Below, piece by piece: positions 24,737-39,486 of a DNA stretch of 64,000 bases. Every line of letters begins with the position of its first letter. Within the stretch, counting starts at the first letter, position 1. The notes below the pieces were generated by a model. That model was given only the letters and a program-made list of their open reading frames with translations. It was not told the DNA's origin and made no database searches. Source of the DNA: Kudoa neothunni (taxonomy: Eukaryota > Animalia > Cnidaria); assembly GCA_964304625.1 (NCBI GenBank), contig OZ199839.1, positions 2,420,093 through 2,484,092 of the forward strand. Direction: 5' to 3'. The position numbers and the translations under genes are program-made.

Positions 24737-26318
24737 CTCTAAATGCTCCAAACCACTTTGCGTTATTTTTACAGGAATTAATCTTAACTGTGTTCAAAGG
24801 TGTTTTTTATCGATAAGTTAAACGCATATGAAAATCGAATTTTTTAAAATAACAAATAAATGAAAAATTACTCTTATGTTAGTAGTGTTTGTCAAAAATT
24901 CTTGTTGCAAGAAATTTATGATTTTATGTTAATTTTGATTCAAATTGTTGACAGATTTTGTACTTTGAATTCTTATATAATGTATATAAATGATTCAAGA
25001 TTAGTCTAATTTTTCAGGAAAAGTTTATTTTCTGACAATAAATAATATTAAACAAAAAGTTTAAAAACAGCTCAATTATAGCAGAATTTGGGCTTTACTA
25101 TTTGAATCAATATAATATTAATTAAATAATTATTACTAATTATAAATTTAAAACTTTATTCTTATAATTAAAATGTTTTCATGAGATAGAATGTGATACA
25201 TTAAAAACTTAATATCATAAAACGGTTGTGGGATAACAATATTAAAAAGTTTCAACGATATACAATAAACAATCCTAAATAATAATATTAGCATATTTAT
25301 TATTCAATGTTATAATTGTTTTTACACGAAGTTTGTAATTCATCTACACCTTACAAAGACGTAAATTACTTTTACAAAATGTCTATTTTTTATTATATTT
25401 AAAAAAATATATTTAATTGAGAAAAAAATGCTTATTTTAATATTGTTTTCTACAAAATATTAGGATTTCACATGGCATCGTGTATATTTTAAATAGCTTT
25501 ATTTAATTCACACCATAATCAATCCGTACTGTAATATTCTATGTTTAGTTGAAAATATAACACACCTAAAAACATAAATAATAACTTTAAAGTAATTAAA
25601 TTATGAAGATAAATCCGAATCTCGATGATCCTTACTTCAAGAGAGATTTTCCTTAGAAATTAAAAATTAGTTTGAAATTATTTTTCCCTATAAAATGACG
25701 AATGACTATACTAAAATAATTAATTTAAAATATTCTTTTTTAATATTTAATTATATTTATAAATACTAAAATTAATGCGATTTTGGATTTTATTATACAA
25801 GAATAAATCATAAGTAAATAACTTAAATAAAATAACCTTATTCAAAAGAAGAATTAATTCAAATTAAGTAGTTATATTAAATAACTTAAAAATAAGCCAA
25901 GTTTATCTTTTTAATAAATTTTAAAATTCATTTATAATAAAATTAAAATATTAACGATACAAAATCTTATTTAGTTTTATAAGCGTTTATTTATTCATAT
26001 TTACTTTGTTGGACCCCGAAACTAACTGACAAATTAATTCGATTATATATATGCCATGCGAGTCCGATAATAAATTAGAAGACAATACCACAAATTCATA
26101 ATTATAGCCTAGTATAATATTAATCGTTGAACTCAGAGAATATAAACAAACTAGTTACAACACTAGAGCAAATTCATCAATAATCACATTTACATCATAA
26201 TTTGAGACTGGAGATTGAATACATTTAATGAGATCACTTCTTAAAAAAAGAAATAACAAGAAAAAATTATAATTAATATGACAAAATGTGTGCGAGATAT
26301 CAAAGTAGTATAACAATT

Positions 26319-28310
26319 TTAATCAAAGAGTTGATTAATGATTTCTTTGTTGCATTTGATTTGGTTGTCAACGGTTTTGTAAGCTTTTAGAAATGTGTTT
26401 TCAACCAAGTTTCCATCTCTAAGGTTGCCTACCAACTCATGGTACTCGTGGATCAGTTGGAGGTCCTCTTTGAGAATGGAAATTTTTTTCTCATGCTAAA
26501 TAACTTTAGAGAAATATTTCAAGCTTAAGTTGGTTACATCTGGTTTACAATCTGGGAATATATCACATAAACGAGAGTGCATATCGTCGAGTCGTTTCAT
26601 GTGAGTACTTACCATGGTGTTTAACGATGCGAATTTATCATCAAAACTGTTTCTTTTGATAGATTTCAACCGGTAAGAATCCACAATTGAAACCATCTCT
26701 CTTAACAATTCAAGTTGGATTGAGCATAAATCATCAAATTCCTGAAGATATTCAAGCAGATCATCGACTTTTCCTTTGTGGTTGTTATCCTTAAATAAAA
26801 TAATTAAATTAAGATAGTAATATTTAATAATTACATGTGAGCTTAGAGCTTTGGTTCGTGAGACAATCGAAACGCTGAATAGCACAACAAAAAATATGAA
26901 CGAAGCATAATATGGTTTGAATAGAAGAAACAATGAGTTGTAAGAGTACACGATTTGTATTTTTGTCTCTTGTGCAGGTATCAAATTACGAGCTTCAATT
27001 CTAAGAGTGATTCTCCCTCGCATATCCATATAATAGTAGGTGTTGTATTTGGTGACGTTGAAATCGATAGTTCGAGGAATATCAAAACTAACCACTTGAG
27101 CACCTTCTGGTAAAATAATTTCCAAAATAAAATTGTCAATCGATACAATATCTTGACACGCCCCCAACAAATTTATATTCAACTGACGTAGAGAATCAAT
27201 TTGATTGGATTGTTTTTTGATGACTTTGGTTGCAGGTCGTTTATATTTGATGGTGAATTCGGTGTTCCAACCGCCCATCAATGGAAAACGTGGTGTAACA
27301 TCCATTTGTAGAAAATTTCGCGTAGCAGACAGTGTACTTGTGGATATATTGCCAACCATATCACGGTAGTAATAATTGTAAGAGTCTTTCGGTAATCGAA
27401 AGAGGACACTGTTGATTATGTGAGAAGTTTTCGATAGGCTCGAGTCGGCAATTCTATCGCGAGAAAATTCTCCAACCAATTTGTTCGCTTGATTGTGAAT
27501 AATGTGCGATTCCACAAACTCCACATCGGCATACTCGGACACATAAACCTTCCTATGTAACAGCGAGGTGGATGTGTAACGAACAGACGTTGAAAGATGG
27601 ATCCAAAATGGAATGTTGCTGAAGGGAACTTGCTCGTTGTTGATAGAATATTTCAACTCGTTTCTATTAACAACTTCTGCGCTTTTCTGCGGGGTGTAAG
27701 AAATCAATTTGCCATCTTTCAATTTGTATGTTGTTGTTTGAACCTTCACTGGGTATATCGATAACACATTGACTGAATCTTCAAATACATACATCGGCAT
27801 CACTGTGAGTTCAAGTTCTAATGGATGTGTAATCAGTCGGTTGGTACATATCACTGTGTACACAACAGCAACACTCTCTCCACTTCTCAATGGATTCAAC
27901 AGTGAAACCTCATACACTTGATAGGAGTTGATGTCTTTGGTGTCTAGATTTTGGTTGGAGAGTTGTTGAAATTGAGATTTTTTTATAGTTTCTTTTGGTG
28001 CAACACCTTCTTTGTATGAAAAAACAGCTAGATGTTTGTAGTCGGTTTGATTCAACATAAAATACACGTTTGTCTGTGTTTTTGCACCTGTGTTGCTATA
28101 GGTTATGCGAAATGTTGAAGTTACAAGGCTGTTTTCAAATAAAACCTCTTTCTCTGCCCCTATAATTTCTACTCCTTCGAGTACTGGAGCAATCTCTTTC
28201 ATACTAATAGTGTGATCTGCTCCAGGAATAGCAGTGTAATTGAGGGCACAAAACACATAAAACATGCCAATAAAATCATGGAACGACTAGAATTTTCGTG
28301 TAGAAGCCAT
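26319..28310 (-). CDS. RPN1: Ribophorin I (OST subunit 1); introns 26790-26834 and 26496-26537
   Basis: YYYRDMVGNISTS, TPRFPLMGGWNTEF, IILPEGA, YYYMDMRGR and a TM helix. The last exon is HEKKISILKED...QLFD*. The start and signal peptide region (28265-28310) appears frameshifted. Confidence 0.95.
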
Positions 28311-30953
28311 AGATTATTGAAAACGGAACCATTTATTCAAATGATTAATCTACTATAAATCAGCACTAACAAACAAGGTTGAAAGTAAATACGCATGTGC
28401 AGAAGACAATCGTGAGTCAGCTGTTTTACGTCACACTCGCACTCTTTTGCGGGTTTATCTTTAATTATATACTTTCTGAAAAATTTATTATTTCACAAAA
28501 TTCTGTAATAAGATATTGATAATCTATTTTAAAAAAATGATCGAATATCTATTGTTAATCCCCTCGAGTTGTTTTCTATGCTTTAATGAGAAAGTCGCAC
28601 CTTTTAGAGCTCATTTGATTCTTTAAAGCTCGCAGATTACCTAATTGACCATCGTATGTAAGGAATTTTTGTAATTTTACATGTATCAATAAATGTTCTC
28701 TATTATATTCGACAATTTAAAAAATTTTTACGTTTACATTTGTTGTTTAGAAAAATATTAACCAATCACATTGTATTGATTGTGTTGCATAATTTTTGTA
28801 TGCGATACGTATACGTGTTGGATTAACAATAAAATATTCATTATTCAATATAAAAATAAAATTATGTGATATTAAAATGTGAGGATTATTATAAAAATGC
28901 TTCACCATTTTAAATTTTGAGCTTAGTATGTACGGAATTTTTCGTATTTTGATTAGTTCCACGGATTTGTCATATGATATATCTAAAATAATAAGGAAAA
29001 AAGTTTAAATAGCTTATTGAAATATGCGATATTTGGGAATAATAATATTGAGTATGTTAATTGATATATCTTCGGTACAAAATAATGAGTTGATCATTAA
29101 AAGATTATCACTCAACAGTTACTAATATTTAAAATATTTGGAGATCATTTGGTAATCAGGAAATAAAGGCAGAGGCTATTGGGCCGATAAAATTTAATCC
29201 TAAACGGCATGTACGCCTGGCACAATAGAAATTTGTTAAGCTCAGCAACTTTTACTAAAAAATTTTTGACAGATATATTTCCTTAGAATATGTTTTATTT
29301 AATTATTTCTGACCCATTACTTCACCCTATGGGGCCAGAAATGATTAAATATAGTCAAAATTAGTACTACCTGAATATTATTCACGTGTCAATAACCACT
29401 TCCGAAATAATAAGGGATTGCAGAAATGGACCAGTCGTACGTAACTTTTTCCCATTAACCGCATGGTTTAAAATAAGCGTTTTTTCTTTTTCTAAACCTT
29501 TTAAACAATCGCTAAGTTTTTCTAGTTACATTAACGTGACAGAGGCTAAAAAACGAAGGATAAACATAGACACGTGTTGTAGGCACGTAGTAGGTTGGTT
29601 TTACAAAGGGGTTCTCCTCAATTCATAGTAGTAACATTGGCGCAATGATATCTCCCCTTAAAGATTTGGAAATGGAAGATAATTTTATTGATTAAATCCT
29701 GAACCCTTCAAAAACGGCGTTATTTTACTTAGACGAGCTAGGCAACTAGTGTAAACATCATGGCTCAAAGAAGCGGGAGTTACTATCTGATTCGATTTCG
29801 GATATTTTTTCATGTAATATTTAGTTGCAGCTAGTTTTTGTGCGCGTCGTGGGAATAAGTAGGTACAATTTCCTTATTCCCATGCGGATTACATACGACC
29901 GATCCATTACTATATTACTAAAATGTGCACATGAACCAAATCTATTTAGTGCATAAAATAGTTTATGTAATTTTTCGTTAAATAAGAAGGGGAATAAAAT
30001 AGGTGTTAGAAATATCATATCAAAATGTAATCTCTGTTCTTGCCGAATGAAATAACCTTAAAAAACGTAGATTATTACAATGCTTAGATAATGAATATAA
30101 TTCTTATCGAAAAAGTTTCTTAATTCCGTTCGAATTTCAATATTAATCGCAAAAAGTTGTTGGAAATTTATTTTTGTTAGAATTGTCATTAAAAACATTA
30201 TTTTATATATAGATTTCCAGGTAAATATTTTTTGAAGATATAAAAATTAATAATGGTATTGCTAATATTTTGAAATATGGGCATGGAATAAATATTATTT
30301 TACTAAAAAATACAATGGATTTAATTATCCCATTTCGATTAATTTATTGTAAAGTACATTAATCATTAAGAAAGCTAACAACCGTTTTAAGTTTAGATAT
30401 ATTTTTTAATTTAACACATATAACATTTTGAATTAAATATATTTTATTAAAAATTTATTCCTATTTTAGATTTTAATCGCAAAAATTAAGGCTATTTTGA
30501 TAATATTATTGATGATGAGTAAATTTCAGTTTATAGCTCAAAATTACTATTTCAATGAATGTAATGACAACTAAAAAATATATTATCTAATTGATTTGTC
30601 ATACAAGATAAAAATCTATTATAAAATTTTCAATTTAATTAAGTTATAATTTAAAATATTCTACTTTTAGATTATTTTATTATCATAATTTTTATATAAA
30701 TTATGTCAATTATTAGGTGTTAAAAATACGTTAAACCCTTTTTCCGAACTGAAAAATAATAATTTTATTAATGAATGATTAGTTAATTCAAAAAATATAT
30801 TTAATCCAAAGAGTTTTTTGTACGAATTAGAAACACCTAATCCTAATATGTAATTTCATTTCGAAGGTAATTTTCGAATAAACATGATATTGATTCGTCT
30901 ACAAAATTTTAAATTTTAATATTTATATTTTTTATATAATTAAAATCTTCTTT

Positions 30954-30996
<43 letters not shown>
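30954..30996. repeat. (AC)n(AT)n microsatellite
   Basis: Seen directly in the sequence. Confidence 0.9.
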
Positions 30997-30999
<3 letters not shown>

Positions 31000-32049
31000 T
31001 GATTTGTACAAGGCTACAACAACCCAATAAATCCGTGGTTTTGAGAAACAAAGACTTCAAGAGCAAAAATTCAACGATATATAGACTACGAAATTAATTA
31101 TTTACTATACAATATAGATATTATCAATACGGCTTTAAACTACATATTTCAAATATAATTTTGTTCGAAGATTAATTCTATATTTAGAAACATCATGTAA
31201 TTTTCAGCGAGTCGTAAACAGCACACAAATCCCTCATAGGTTAATAAAAATATGAGCATTAACCCATGGACAATAATAGAATATAATATACGGAATAGTT
31301 CGAATAGAATAATGAAGGTAATTTATTGATTGAGGAATTTTGTTACTGATACAAATTGAAAGAAATTTAGTATTATCTATTATAATAAAGAGTGTGAAGA
31401 TTACATTTGAATGCAAAATTTAAATAAAACACACTAATTATAAAAATTAACACATATTTGATAGTTGAAAAATAAAAATAAAAGCTTTCAGTAATTCATC
31501 CATAATCAACCTATTATTTGACATAATTGAACGCCGAAATATTATTCAATATCGTAGTTCAAACGTTCTACTGAGATATGATACAGAATTGCGAATTTAA
31601 TACGAAACAATTAGGACTTTTTATTCTATCAACGACAACTTATCAAACATGAAAATATATCACTCGTTAATAAAACAACAAAACATAAAACATTTGCGAA
31701 AAACCTAAATCGCGCAAGCGCTTAATAATAATAATAATCATCAAATATTTATTCAAAGTACGACAAAACTATTCTTAGATTTAAAAAAATACAATTATCA
31801 ACAGTTCAAAAAAATTATCTTAAAATTCAACTCAAAATTAATTATATCAAAAGATACGAGTAAAAAATATAAGCTTGTTATTGACAAATATTCATGTAGC
31901 GAAGTATCGATCAATCAACTAAGTAGAAAAATCCGTATTCATAGCTGTAAATAATCGCAATAAATAGAATATTTGACAGATGAGTTAGGGCTGAAATGTT
32001 AACCGAATATTTCCGAATGAAAAAACCAATCACAAATTTGTCCCATCTA

Positions 32050-32460
32050 TACACCTGAATTGAAATCTCAATCAGATGTGGATCGCAATAGAATCGACCA
32101 ACTATTCAACAATTTTGGCGTATTCTCGATACCATAGAAGAAGAATTAACCCCAAATAAGCAATTTACGCAGGACACAAGGATTAAAATTGGCACCGAAG
32201 ATCCGCGACTTAAAATACGTCTATGGTGTCCCCACTGGTGGGTCTATCTTTCAGTCTCAGCTAGATAGTTATCAAAATAACTCTGAAACATCGAGAATAA
32301 TGATGGGCAATATCATCCGAGTTATCTGGTTCACCCAGAATAATCCAGTTGGCACTTAACCTCAGGTAAAGTTCGCAGTAACCTCGGTGATACGCCACTG
32401 CTACCCCCTATCTGTATTGCTATTTCCACTGGGTGAACTTTCCAAAATCAATTGGCAGGT
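32050..32460 (+). mobile_element. Non-LTR retrotransposon reverse-transcriptase relic
   Basis: DLKYVYGVP/HWW (cf. DLxxAFxxVPHxW) at about 32207, and VIRHCYPLSVLLF (cf. GIRQGCPLSPLLF) at 32387, in the correct order and spacing. Confidence 0.6.
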
Positions 32461-33721
32461 TACTGAGGACGGAAATAAAGATAAAGTTTTGAGATGTAAC
32501 CCTTCAAACATGCGTACGCAGTCATCTCATAGGGTCCAAAATATTGAATGCGTAGGAAATATTTCAACGCGGCAATCACATTAATAACTAAATGTATCAC
32601 ACAATCCACGAAAGTGTATTCTCATCATTCAATAAATCACTTTTAGGTCGATTGAAATTTGTGGTATTTTGACATATATCCACCACTCGCTTAAGACCAA
32701 CCAACTCACATTTGATAATTAATACAACAACTCAAAATAGAATCAACCCCATTAGATATTAGCTGAAATTGTGCAATAATAAATGGTGTTTCACTTTAAA
32801 AAGTTGGTTACAATGATACCCGACTTACATTCAACTACAGCTGGCACTTTGTATTGTTACGCCAGTTTTAGTTGTGCGATGGATGTGGATCCTCCTCTTC
32901 GCCTCGATTAATCCACCATCACACTGACGCTGTTGAAATTACTAGCTGGATTAATGTTGATATTCAACTAATCCATGTATAGAACCTCGTTATTGATCGC
33001 TAATTGATGTGGATATTGACGTGACACGATGTCGATCAATCTGGGTTGGTTTTGACGTTGGTAGATACCGATCCATCCACCCACCAATAACAACACATAT
33101 TGGTGTTGATATTATTCAACTTATAATATAATATAACAAGCTGTTGGCTTTTGGTTGATTGAATACAATGTACACATTGTTTGGTGGGAAATTAAACACC
33201 AGCCGATGGTTGAATAAGATAGTGTGCGTAGGTGGTAGGTAGGTTTTGTGTTTTGGCACACCTCCCCACCACCATAAATAATGTCTCATTACAACCATAT
33301 TCCACAATTGTTTATTGTCATGGATGTTGTTGTGAACTGTTTTTACAACAGCTAATATTGATTATCTGCAGATTAAAGTTAATCTGCCAATGAGTTCCTT
33401 TTAATGTTTCAGCTCAATGCGTAGGCACTGTAAGCTGGTGTGTGCTTTGAAGCATATTTTTGGGATTGTGTTGGGTGGTTTTTGTGGAGGCTGCTCGTTT
33501 TCAGAGTGTGGTTACGTTGATAATCCACCACAACTCGCTATCGTATTGTCGCTCTATTCATCCAGTTGATAATAAACTCCAAGGATTTGAATAGGCAGGT
33601 ATCACCATTAATACCTACTCGATAATTTTAATACCGTTTAATTACGTATTTAATCGCTGAAATAACACCGAGTTAACATCTGTGAAAAACATTCCTGGGC
33701 GATTCTTCCACACTATTTGGT

Positions 33722-36025
33722 ATGCTTGCACGTATGTTGAATAGTAGAAATAGAGAAGATACTATATCACCGCTTGTCGACTCGTCGACAACCACCAACA
33801 ATCTCTGTTTACCAACCACTGCTACAACTTCCACTAGCAGTAACCCAACCACCAACAGTCTTATTCATCATTCATCAAATGATAATACCACAACCGATCA
33901 GGATCAGGATCAAGACCAGGAACAGGATCAGGACCAAGATCAGCTAGATGATGAGGAAGATGGGGCGGATAACTTCTCACCGCCATCAAATCCAACATAC
34001 AAAATTGAATCCAACCCAATTTCGTCGTTTTCTCTATCCACTTGTGATATTGCCAGCTTTGGTAGTGATTTTTTGAGTGGTGGACAATTCTCCAACCTCT
34101 ATCAATCCAACCAGTCCACAGATAAATCCGATCTAACATTGATGGATTCATCTGTCAAAATGGCAGCTTTGAAATTGAAACACCTGGAAGAATTGTTAAT
34201 GAATCTCACCAACTCCCAAATCAACCATCTTGAAGTCAATATCAATAACACTAATAATATTGGCGATGAAACTCAATTGGATTTGTTTCATCTCACAAAA
34301 TCTATAGTTCAGAAAATGAACTCCGACTCACCCCATCTCACCAATCATGCTCTTTTCAATGTCGATAATGGTCATTCGTTTTTGGATCGTGATAATTCTA
34401 TCAATCCACTCCAAAATTACATTCCAAATAAGGCTGTCGAGAATTGTATGCAATCCCGAAATGTGGCACCGATTTTATGTGAATACGTTGCCGCAAAAAG
34501 TCTCTTGTCGAAAAAGTTGAAATCATCCCTGGCCAATGTAAACGCTCTCAGAAATGTCCTGTTGAAATTGGACTCTCCCAAAAATTGTATATCCATTCCT
34601 ACCAATCAAAAAATGTTGTTTGGAAACAACTATTCTCGCTTGAAGAATTCTCCTCCTGTGAATGGTTCACCCCGCCAAACTCACCACCAACGGTTGTAGT
34701 GGTTCGTCGACTGTGAGCTCCAACTCCAACTTATCAAATGAACCGACAGAATCTGTCACAAATTTTCCAAATCGTTTAAGAATGTTTGATTGCAACAGAA
34801 AACATATTATTATGACATCACTCCCTCACCAGTGTATCAGAATGTTTAACAAACAAGCACATGTCAACTCTAGAAAAGCAGCATTCCAAAAAAGGACTCA
34901 TATTAACGATATTCACATCTACAAATTGTTTGATCGAATCATTGAGGATGTGCCGAATGGTGTACCGTTCAAACCGATGCATCGTGCTCGAAAACGACGC
35001 TCATTTTCCCAACTTATTTGGATGGCTGATTTTAACGACTCCACTGTAAATAACACCAACACACAGCTTTCCAATCATAACAATTCCACAAATGGCGTTA
35101 TTGGAATTGAATCGTCGTACAAAACCGAAGGCGCCACCCTTAGAGCCAGATCTTGTCGTCGTGACTACAGCTCACTTTTCGATTTGAGCTCCAATGATGA
35201 TGATTATGTGGGTCGTGATGATCAACATATATTGGATGACTTCGATTCTGATTCTATATCTACTGCTAATGATGGTCGTCGTCTTTCTATGTCCAACTCT
35301 CATATCAGGCGTCTACATCATTCTTCCGCCGTCACACATGGTCCTCGCAAAAGCTATCTCTCCAGATTGGATAGCTCCCTCAATTTGAACCACCACAAAT
35401 CTAATATTTCCTCCCATCTGCTGGATAACAACTCCAAAAATGGATCACTAAACAAACAACCCCAACCCAAAAGTGTCTATGATTATGTGATCCTTCCCGC
35501 CGAACTCATGCCTGTTGTGCACATTGAACCAATTGTATATAAAGAGGTTGTCACTCCGATGTGGTACACGGTTGATGATAGTCGAATGGATTGGCTGAAA
35601 AATTGTCTCAAAAATAAACCAACTCAACCTACCACCACAAATCCATCCACCCCTACTACCAATACCAACAAAATCGATTCAGATACACTCACCGATGATG
35701 AACACTTCAATCAAATGCACATCCAGTATGAGAACGCTGAAAAAGAAAGACTCCTCGAGAAAGCTCGTCAAGAGAGTAACTCTTCCGACCCCAGTGTGAC
35801 CGCTGTTGAGACGTCTGTACCAGCTTCAATAACAACCACCCCTACCGATATTGTTTCGTGTAACCTTTCGAAAAAAGTTGTAAGGTCTAGTAATGGCCGT
35901 TTTACCAAACTGTCCACTGGAGAAAATTAATCCACCCCACTTTGTGTAAATTTGAAAACACTGATGATCTCCTGGCAATCAGTGATAGTCTATCTATGGA
36001 CTATTTTCTCGCTCACCATAGATGA
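33722..36025 (+). CDS. KANSL1: KAT8 regulatory NSL complex subunit 1-like (PEHE domain); one long exon split by an apparent +1 indel at about 34670
   Basis: YDYVILP...HIEPIVYKEVVTPMW...LTDDEHFNQMHIQYENAEKER is a PEHE domain, and LRARSC resembles the ARTRP/WIN motif. The stop is at 35930 as assembled, or 36025 if one A is missing. Confidence 0.82.
33896..33943 (+). repeat. Coding hexamer repeat (GAYCAR)n encoding DQDQDQ
   Basis: Seen directly in the sequence. Confidence 0.85.
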
Positions 36026-36354
36026 CCGATCATCTTCCTTAGCTGTTAGGATACCCACAAATATGTTTCTTTTTATACATGTCTTGATTTTTATTGGTCG
36101 TTTTTTGCTGTTTCGCGATTATTCATTCTAATTGGTCATATTATTAAATGTCGTGCGATGAGTTATTAATTGTTACATGTATTCTGTTGTTTTTGTGTAT
36201 TATAGTGAAAACTATAAGTGTGTTGTTTAGTGATAAAGTTATTATTTAACGTTTGAGTCGGGATATTTATTATGTAATTAAAAAAATAGATCGATATTTA
36301 ACTTTAATTAATGACAGAGGTAGGTTATTGGCACGGTATAATTTAGTATTTAAC

Positions 36355-36526
36355 CAGCGCTTCCCAACTAAAACTGGACTCGCATCCCCATTTTTTGACA
36401 AAACGAAATTCGCACCTCTTTCTTTGCATACGGTAAGGTGTAACTGATTTAAAATTTATCAAAAATTATTTTCAATTTTGATGAGGTCTCGCACCACCTG
36501 AGACCCAACGTTTGCAGAAACCCCTG
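36355..36526. mobile_element. Possible small hAT-type MITE
   Basis: CAGCGCTTCCCAA...TTTGCAGAAACCCCTG form degenerate TIRs. The TSDs do not match. Confidence 0.3.
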
Positions 36527-37374
36527 TCCTAATCGGAATGTACGCTTGTGCACTGGAAGTTTTTAATCTCACAATCTCTTACTTACAAGCTTTTTACAGA
36601 TTTAATTTTTTAGAGTCCGCTACATTTAAATATTATTAGACTCTAAGAGCGAATCGGTGGGTCATAAATAATTATACATAGCCAAACTAATGTTACTTGA
36701 ATATCTTTAACCGTTCCAATAGCCACTTTCTTAATTGAATTATAAGATTTATGAAATTACTCGAGATATAATAATAAATATTAGCTGTTAAATTAATTGT
36801 TAAAAATTTCAAAAAAATTAGGATGGGTGAAATGATACGACTGACCTTAATGACGCGAATAAAATTATATTCTATTTGTAACGTGAAAATAGGATTAATT
36901 TTTACACATTTTTAAGTTATGGTTTAACAAAAAAAATGGGAATATTTTCTAAAAAAAGATTTCTTTGATTTGGATAGCCTTCGTTTTGATTAGATTTTAT
37001 TATTTCTGCTTTATATACGCGAAACCATGGATCAAGAATGATCGTTGCGCACGTGTAAAATGCCACCTAGGATTAAATCGATTCGTGAATTGTTATTTAA
37101 AATGCAAGTATCGAGACCACTCGAGAATTGAAATCAGGAGACCGAGAGGATCATACGAATTTTTTGAGGGTTAGTTAAAACGTTGTACGCCCACATCCAC
37201 TCACTACAGAGAAATAGGCTTTGGGTAATGATTTTAATCTCCCATTTGATTCTACGAAATACATAAGTCACTCGATTTGAAGATGTAACTTTAAATTTAG
37301 AATAATAGAAACATATTTTAAAACATTATAATCTGTCTTTTCTTTTAAAACGGAATAAAAAACTTATCTATCTG

Positions 37375-37451
37375 GTACATGCGTGCTCGTGTTATGCGTC
37401 GTTAATTCATGGATTCTGCGTAGTAATTTTGATTTCCCTTTTAATGATGCA
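37375..37451 (+). mobile_element. Terminal fragment of the same CAGTGACTTAT MITE family
   Basis: TGCGTAGTAATTTTGATTTCCCTTTT...ATAAGTCACCGTA aligns with 23795-23851. Confidence 0.55.
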
Positions 37452-38598
37452 AAATAAATAAGTCACCGTATGTAAAATTTTGTGAAAAATGTCCGGCTAC
37501 GCCTGGAATCCAAACTATGCTACATTGAAAAATCTCTTAACGCCTTTTCAAAAATACACTAATCCTCTATATTAAACCAGCGAAGTATGTATAGATTCCA
37601 CAAATTGTATAATAGAAAACTTAAAATACAATAGTTATTTGTTGGAAAATATACATACAATTTGATTGGTCAAACTTTTTACATTTAATAAGCAAAATAC
37701 TGATATAGGCAGATGCTTATTGCACCTGTTTAATTTGTAAAACTTACCTTATCGAAAGATAAATACTAAAAAATTAACTGATGAACAATTTTTTTACAAT
37801 TTATGATTCTAACAAATTCAAAAACTTGGTCATATTGTTATTATAGGAATCTAATGATATAATTATAACGATAAAATTATTATAACTTTTGCTGTAAATT
37901 AAATAATTCAACAAAAAAAACTTATAAACTAAAATATCTATTGATTAATTTTACTTTGGTTTTAAAAATTTCGTAGTTGACATTTAGTTATTGAAAAAGA
38001 GCCTAATTTATAATAGGACGCGTATAGTTTGTTAAATGATTGAGTCATGTTGAAAACAGGAAATAGGAAATGTTATGAAATTTTTATAAAAAATAAACTT
38101 TACTTAAAGGTTAATATATAAACCATAAAGTGTGTTTTCATTGGTTTTTGTAAATTTGACAAAGATTTCACTTGCGCTGAAGATTTTATATTCGGGATTT
38201 AGTATCAAAATTAAAAATTATCATAATTTCCTGAATTCTTGCCACCGCTATACTTTTATTATGAATTATCACGAGAAAACGTTGCAAAAAGGGGATGTTT
38301 TTTTAGATGCCTAATCCTACTCTGTTACCTCTCCTAGAACTCGTCTCTTCCGATATGAATAAATATTCATTTATCTAAATTTACGTAAATATAAAATTTA
38401 AAATATAGTTATAAAATATGTAATTAAAATATCTACTATGAACAAGGTACAGCTATAGTTAACTAAATCCTAGGCATTATTTAATATTAATATTTTATTC
38501 TGGACTAGCGCTATCAAAAAGATCACTCAAACAAATGTTTAGTTTAAATCGTTTATTAATACATTCATAAAAATGTTTAACACATGATATTGCTTTAA

Positions 38599-39486
38599 CA
38601 CTCTAAGGTTAAGGTACACAACAATGACTACACTCCAAAGAACTTGGGGTCTTTTGGACCCCAAGTTTTTATTTTACGGTAGTTAATAAAAAAATATTTC
38701 AAAATACCATACAAACATTAAGAAATTTCTAATCACAGAATTTCGAGAAAAATGTGATTCATTGAACCGGTTAATTCTACAAAATTCTATTCGGTAGGCT
38801 TATATAACGTTTCGTCAATTTTCGTGTAAATAAATCAACAATCTTTCATACTATAGAGAGAGAAATAAACATAAAGGAAACAAAAAATTTTTGAATATTG
38901 CAACTAATAGATTTGTATTTTGAACACTGATTATACTTACTCGAATAATGAAATCGACCAAAATATCGTCACCACTAATGTAATGACTAATGAATCGAAT
39001 AGTTTTTATTTATCATTTTGGCGAGTAAACATTTGCAGAATACTTTCTTAAAGTTTGATTCCATTATTTCGATTTCTTAGGAACAATATGAATCGGGTGT
39101 TTTAGTTACATTCTGGTCCTTTGATTGTTAACAAGTAATGGTTAGTAGAAACATAATAAACATTAGATTGCTTAATTTTAAACGTCCAAGATTGATTAAA
39201 AACCTAAGAATTAACATTCTAAACATGCAACATCTATCACTCTTTATATTATCGTTCAGTGAGCTTCTACAAAGTATTATATTAACTTGTCCAATGAATC
39301 ATCTTTTTCTCATTTTTTTGTTAACTATCGTAAAATAAAAACCTGGATCCAAAAACCCCAAGTTCGCTGGAGTGTAATTTTTTATTTCAATATGAAATTT
39401 TGTTAATTTTTTTTTAAAGTTTAATAAGTAACATAACCAATTTAATACTACTTTGGGTTCCAAAAGACCCCAAGTTCGTTAGAGGG
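38599..39486. mobile_element. Non-autonomous piggyBac-like element
   Basis: Inverted repeats GAACTTGGGGTCTTTTGGACCCCAAG (38640) vs TTGGGTTCCAAAAGACCCCAAGTTC (39453) and a second copy at about 39342. Ends are TTAA-CACTCTAA and TTAGAGGG-TTAC. Confidence 0.65.

Noticed and set aside
29150-30020. Slightly GC-richer stretch with short ORFs, possibly a TE relic
   Set aside because: No motif could be assigned with confidence.
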